Shown: positions 60,502-64,000 of the stretch, piece after piece | Position numbering within the stretch: position 1 is the stretch's first letter | Layout of the letters: each line of letters starts with the position of its first letter | Position numbers and translations under genes: made by a program | Origin: Abditibacterium sp. | GTDB taxonomy: Bacteria; Armatimonadota; Abditibacteriia; Abditibacteriales; Abditibacteriaceae | Length of the DNA stretch: 64,000 bases | Direction: 5' to 3' | Assembly: GCA_965199495.1 (NCBI GenBank) | Contig: CBDASK010000003.1 | Span: 1 to 64,000 of the forward strand | Notes under the pieces: model-generated | Told to the model about the DNA's origin: nothing | Databases searched by the model: none | The model's input: the letters and a program-made list of their open reading frames with translations, nothing else

Positions 60502-61815
60502 ATGTCAAACATCATCAAAAGTGCCCGACTCATTTTCGTGTCGGTGAGCAACAACAACAACAAGTTTTATTACATCGACCTTTTCGATAACGATCAAGTC
60601 CAAATTCGTTACGGTCGCTACATCGAAGAAAACGGCGAACTCAAAGTTCAATCCGACACCACAACGCCCGGCGGCGAAAGTTTATTCCAGCGCAAACTGC
60701 GCGAAAAAACGGGCAAAGGTTACAAGCCGCAACCCGTTTTAGAAGACAATTCGTCTTCGCCGAGCGCGTCCCAGAAAAACGCCGGATTGGAAGAGATCGC
60801 GTTATCGCAAATTCGCACCAAGTCCGACGAAGTGCGCGCGCTGATTTCCTATCTTTGCAACATCAATATCCACAACATCGTGGAAAACTCGGCGATTAAA
60901 TACAACAAAGACACCGGTTTATTCTCGACGCCCTCCGGTCTCATCACCGTTGACGGCATTCGCGATGGGCGCGAACTGTTGTCGCAAATCAAAACCAAGA
61001 TTGACGCCGGAAAGTGGGACGCCCATTACATCCAGTTGCTCGATCAATATCTGACGATTGTGCCGCGCGACTTCGGGCGCAAACGGCCCGACCCGCAAGA
61101 ACTCTTCCCCGACGACGCCGAAATTCAGAAACAAGCGGGCATTTTGGATTCGCTCGAAGCCAGTCTGACTTCCTACGCCGAGAAGAAAGCCAAAGGCGAA
61201 TACGACATCAAAGAAGACGACGCGCCGCCGCCCCCGCCGCCGCAACTCTTTGATACTGCCGTCGAGTTGTTAACCGACCAAGCCGAATTCAATCGCATCA
61301 AAGAACATTTCGAGAAGTCGGCCAAAACCGAACACCAATCCATTAAGCATCTGACGTTGAAGCGCGTTTACACCGTCGAAATCGCCAAAATGAAGCGCGA
61401 ATACGACGAGCGCGGTGCGAGCAAAGGCAACGTGCATCGTTTGTGGCACGGCACTTCGGCGGCCAATGTTTTGTCAATTTTCAAGAGCGGTTTCATGCTG
61501 ACGCCGCCATCGAGCGCGCATATCGCGGGCAAAGCGTTTGGCAACGGCTTGTATTTCGCGCCCGCCTCGACCAAAAGTTTGCAGTACGCCGGTGGTTTTT
61601 GGGGCGGTAAGCAGGGCAAAAAGACGTATATGTTTTTGAACGACATCGCCGTCGGCAAAGCGTTCGAGCCGAAGACGACGACAAGCCAAAATCCGCCTGC
61701 GGGCTACGATTCGTATTGGGCGCGCGCGGGCAAAGCCGGTTGGCTAATTAACGATGAAGTCATCGTGTTCGATGCGGCTCAGGTCAATCCGGTTTATCTG
61801 CTGGAATTTGAGTAG
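60502..61815 (+). CDS. Bacterial PARP: WGR-like, regulatory helical and catalytic ADP-ribosyltransferase domains
   Basis: NNNKFY..RYGR (WGR); YLTIVPRDFGRKRP (PARP regulatory); LWHGT, FGNGLYFA..STKSLQY, NDEVIVF..QV..YLLEF (H-Y-E); GGAG RBS. Confidence 0.92.
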   Translation: MSNIIKSARLIFVSVSNNNNKFYYIDLFDNDQVQIRYGRYIEENGELKVQSDTTTPGGESLFQRKLREKTGKGYKPQPVLEDNSSSPSASQKNAGLEEIALSQIRTKSDEVRALISYLCNINIHNIVENSAIKYNKDTGLFSTPSGLITVDGIRDGRELLSQIKTKIDAGKWDAHYIQLLDQYLTIVPRDFGRKRPDPQELFPDDAEIQKQAGILDSLEASLTSYAEKKAKGEYDIKEDDAPPPPPPQLFDTAVELLTDQAEFNRIKEHFEKSAKTEHQSIKHLTLKRVYTVEIAKMKREYDERGASKGNVHRLWHGTSAANVLSIFKSGFMLTPPSSAHIAGKAFGNGLYFAPASTKSLQYAGGFWGGKQGKKTYMFLNDIAVGKAFEPKTTTSQNPPAGYDSYWARAGKAGWLINDEVIVFDAAQVNPVYLLEFE

Positions 61816-61891
61816 TAATTTTGAAATAGGACGCAATGACGAACGTGGGGCTAAAACCGCGCGCGTTTCGGATGGTCAGAAAAAATCACTC

Positions 61892-62446
61892 ATGAAAACC
61901 ACAATTTCCCTTGTCTGCGCCCTCGTTACTTGCATCGGCACCGGCGCTTTTGCGCAAAACACGACCAAACCCGCGCCCGCCGCGCAAATTTTGGCCTCGG
62001 CGCAAAAACGAGCGGCCAAAGAAAAAAAAGCCGTTTTCGTCGTTTTTCATGCTTCGTGGTGCGGTTGGTGTCACCGGCTCGAAGATTCGATGAACAAACC
62101 GCCGTTCAAAAAATTGTTCGCCGATAATTATGTCATCGTTTCGCTCGATGTCAGGGAACACGGCGACAAGAAAGTTTTGGAAAACCCCGGCGCCGACAAA
62201 GTAATGGCCGATTTGGGCGGCACCGATGCTGGCTTGCCGTTTTATGCGTTCACCGACGCGCGCGGCACGCGTCTGGCGAGCAGTCTGGCGCTGCCTGCGT
62301 CGGGTGGAAAAATGGCGAATATCGGCTATCCAACGACGCCCGCAGAAATCGCGGCTTTCGACAGTCTGTTGCGCAAAACCGCGCCGAAAATGAACGCCAA
62401 AGCGCGCCAATCTTATCTCGATTATTTGAAATCCCCCGCAAAGTAG
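61892..62446 (+). CDS. Exported thioredoxin-fold protein
   Basis: Signal peptide; FHASWCGWC; GLPFY cis-Pro loop. Confidence 0.85.
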   Translation: MKTTISLVCALVTCIGTGAFAQNTTKPAPAAQILASAQKRAAKEKKAVFVVFHASWCGWCHRLEDSMNKPPFKKLFADNYVIVSLDVREHGDKKVLENPGADKVMADLGGTDAGLPFYAFTDARGTRLASSLALPASGGKMANIGYPTTPAEIAAFDSLLRKTAPKMNAKARQSYLDYLKSPAK

Positions 62447-62489
62447 CCCCGCTCGCCCCTATTCGCGTTGGCCGTTTGGAGACTTAGAA

Positions 62490-62630
62490 GCTATCCCAAC
62501 AGGGAAAGAAACTTGAAAGAGGCGGGGCTGACGCACCTTTCCAATCTGGCGTAAGTCCGAGGAAATTCCGCCGATTGGAAGGGTGCGTCAGCCCCGCCTC
62601 TTTCAAGTTTCTTTCCCTGTTGGGATAAGC
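62490..62630. mobile_element. MITE-like palindrome flanked by an 8-bp direct repeat
   Basis: 46-bp perfect IR (62492-62537 / 62582-62627); ACTTAGAA at 62482-62489 and 62631-62638. Confidence 0.75.
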
Positions 62631-62866
62631 ACTTAGAATGAATTCGATAATTTCTCATCAAGCGTTTCAATCGAGCGCACTTTCTTTGATGCGATCAGAA
62701 AATTGGCGGGAATTTGTCCGCGACAATTAGCCATTGACCGCCGAGTTGTCGCCAGTCCAAACGACGTTGTGCCACGTAACCGGGCGCCCGACTGGTCAGG
62801 GCCAAAGGCCGCGTAGAGTTTGTTGGGCGGCGCAGCGTTAGCGTTCTATTTCTCAATTATACCCAC

Positions 62867-64000
62867 ATGAATCCACAAATTCCCATCGAAGCGCGCCAGA
62901 CCGTTTTAGATTTCATTACGGCAGGCACGTCGTTTACCGCCTACGAAGTCACGCTCGAAGTGCGGCGCCGCCTCGGAACTTCGATTGACGTGCCGCACGG
63001 CGTCGTCAATACCATCGTGCAAAATATGTTTGCGCGCGGCGATCTTATGGGCTACGACCGGCGACCCGACCAGACCGTGCAATCCGCCACGCCGCCGTTT
63101 CGTTATTATCAGCGCGGCGGCGCCGTGGCTGCTCCGTTCGTGACGCCGACTGCTCCCGCGATTTCGCGTTCGGGTTTGCCGCCCGCGCTGCGGTTTTCCG
63201 TGCCATTGAGCGCGATGATGCGCAACTTGGGCGTCGCCGCGCGCGATTTTCAGCGCGCGCACGGCAAGGCCAGCGAACCTTTTGCGGTCTGGTTGCCCAC
63301 GCTCAAAGAGCCGACGTTTCGCTTGCGTTGCTATGGCGCGGGCTGGGACGAAAGCGAGGTCGAACGGCGTTTTGCGCTCAATTTAAATAATCCCGGCGCC
63401 GCAGAGATGATCTGGCTTTCGCCGCTCGCTTATGCCGACGAATTTCGACTTTATTCCAACTTGAGCGGCACGCAAACCCAGTTCTTGATCAAAATGGACG
63501 CGGCGTTGCAAACGACCATAGCCAAAGAAGCCGAGCGGAAAACGGGCGAGCCGGACGGATTGGAAATCGAAGTCGCGATTCGCAATCGCGACCTTGATTC
63601 CGGCGAACGCGCGCAGAAAATTTATCGTTATCTGAGCGTGCCGCCGCGCATCTATCGTAATGGAGTGGCTTTGACGATTGTGCCGTCGAAAGTGATTTCG
63701 CAGGGCGACGGTTGGAAACTGACCGATAACAAAGAACTACTGGCAATCGTTGATGAGGTCGCCTATTCGCTGTTGGGACTGGAAGCGGTTGCGGGATTGG
63801 GGGTCAAGTTATATCTGGAAAACGTGGATGTCGAGCCGTCGCTGGAGAAGTTGGAGCAAACCGACCGCACGCGCGACGAGCGCAAGCGCGTCATCGAAAA
63901 TTTCAAACGCGAAATCGCCGCGCCGATTAATCAACAATTTGCGGGCGCGGCGAATTTGTGGGAAGCCAAAATTTTGTGGCGCGAGATTTTCGGCGCCGCC
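62867..64000 (+). CDS. Hypothetical protein with degenerate rIIA-like/GHKL domain, 3'-truncated by window edge (absent from the ORF track)
   Basis: Hand translation is open for 378 codons: MNPQIPIE...LPTLKEPTFRLRCYGAG...SPLAYADEF...TGEPDGLEIEV...VEPSLEKL...NLWEAK. Confidence 0.7.
   Translation, partial: MNPQIPIEARQTVLDFITAGTSFTAYEVTLEVRRRLGTSIDVPHGVVNTIVQNMFARGDLMGYDRRPDQTVQSATPPFRYYQRGGAVAAPFVTPTAPAISRSGLPPALRFSVPLSAMMRNLGVAARDFQRAHGKASEPFAVWLPTLKEPTFRLRCYGAGWDESEVERRFALNLNNPGAAEMIWLSPLAYADEFRLYSNLSGTQTQFLIKMDAALQTTIAKEAERKTGEPDGLEIEVAIRNRDLDSGERAQKIYRYLSVPPRIYRNGVALTIVPSKVISQGDGWKLTDNKELLAIVDEVAYSLLGLEAVAGLGVKLYLENVDVEPSLEKLEQTDRTRDERKRVIENFKREIAAPINQQFAGAANLWEAKILWREIFGAA

Noticed and set aside
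60115..61815. Calling this locus a retron
   Set aside because: The RNA layout is suggestive but no reverse transcriptase (YADD-type domain) is in the window; kept only as a hypothesis. The YADE in the 62867 ORF lies in a GHKL-like context.
62740..62800. ZTP riboswitch suggested by GACTGGCG on the minus strand
   Set aside because: The rest of the consensus is missing, the orientation is wrong for the downstream gene, and no purine or folate gene is adjacent.

Overview
Bacterial chromosomal window from a GC-rich diderm. The gene mix (BamA, TolC, two prepilin/DUF1559 H-X9-DG proteins, a copper-amine-oxidase-N domain protein, Uma2) suggests an Armatimonadota/Abditibacteriota-like organism, which is inference only. 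Most of it is housekeeping: hemB, anmK, DAHP synthase, serA, proB, nth, metG, tRNA-Arg(ACG), argJ, dxr-rseP-ispG, a TolC/adaptor/ABC exporter, a MoxR-DUF58-transglutaminase cluster and a mazEF-type toxin-antitoxin pair. Three layers stand out. (1) Intergenic spaces hold about 20 long palindromes in at least five sequence families. These include an HUH/Y1 transposase flanked by 63-bp inverted repeats, apparent non-autonomous relatives of it, and a MITE nested inside another palindrome with a 5-bp target duplication. (2) At 60.1-64 kb a near-consensus sigma70 promoter precedes a roughly 290-nt, end-paired, highly structured putative ncRNA. It is followed by a WGR-regulatory-catalytic PARP with an H-Y-E triad, a thioredoxin-fold protein, and a long ORF running off the window that resembles a degenerate phage rIIA/GHKL protein. 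This is the best candidate for an undescribed system. (3) The 9-mer GCAGCCACG recurs at least 17 times on both strands inside genes. All calls come from motif recognition by eye; no searches were run.
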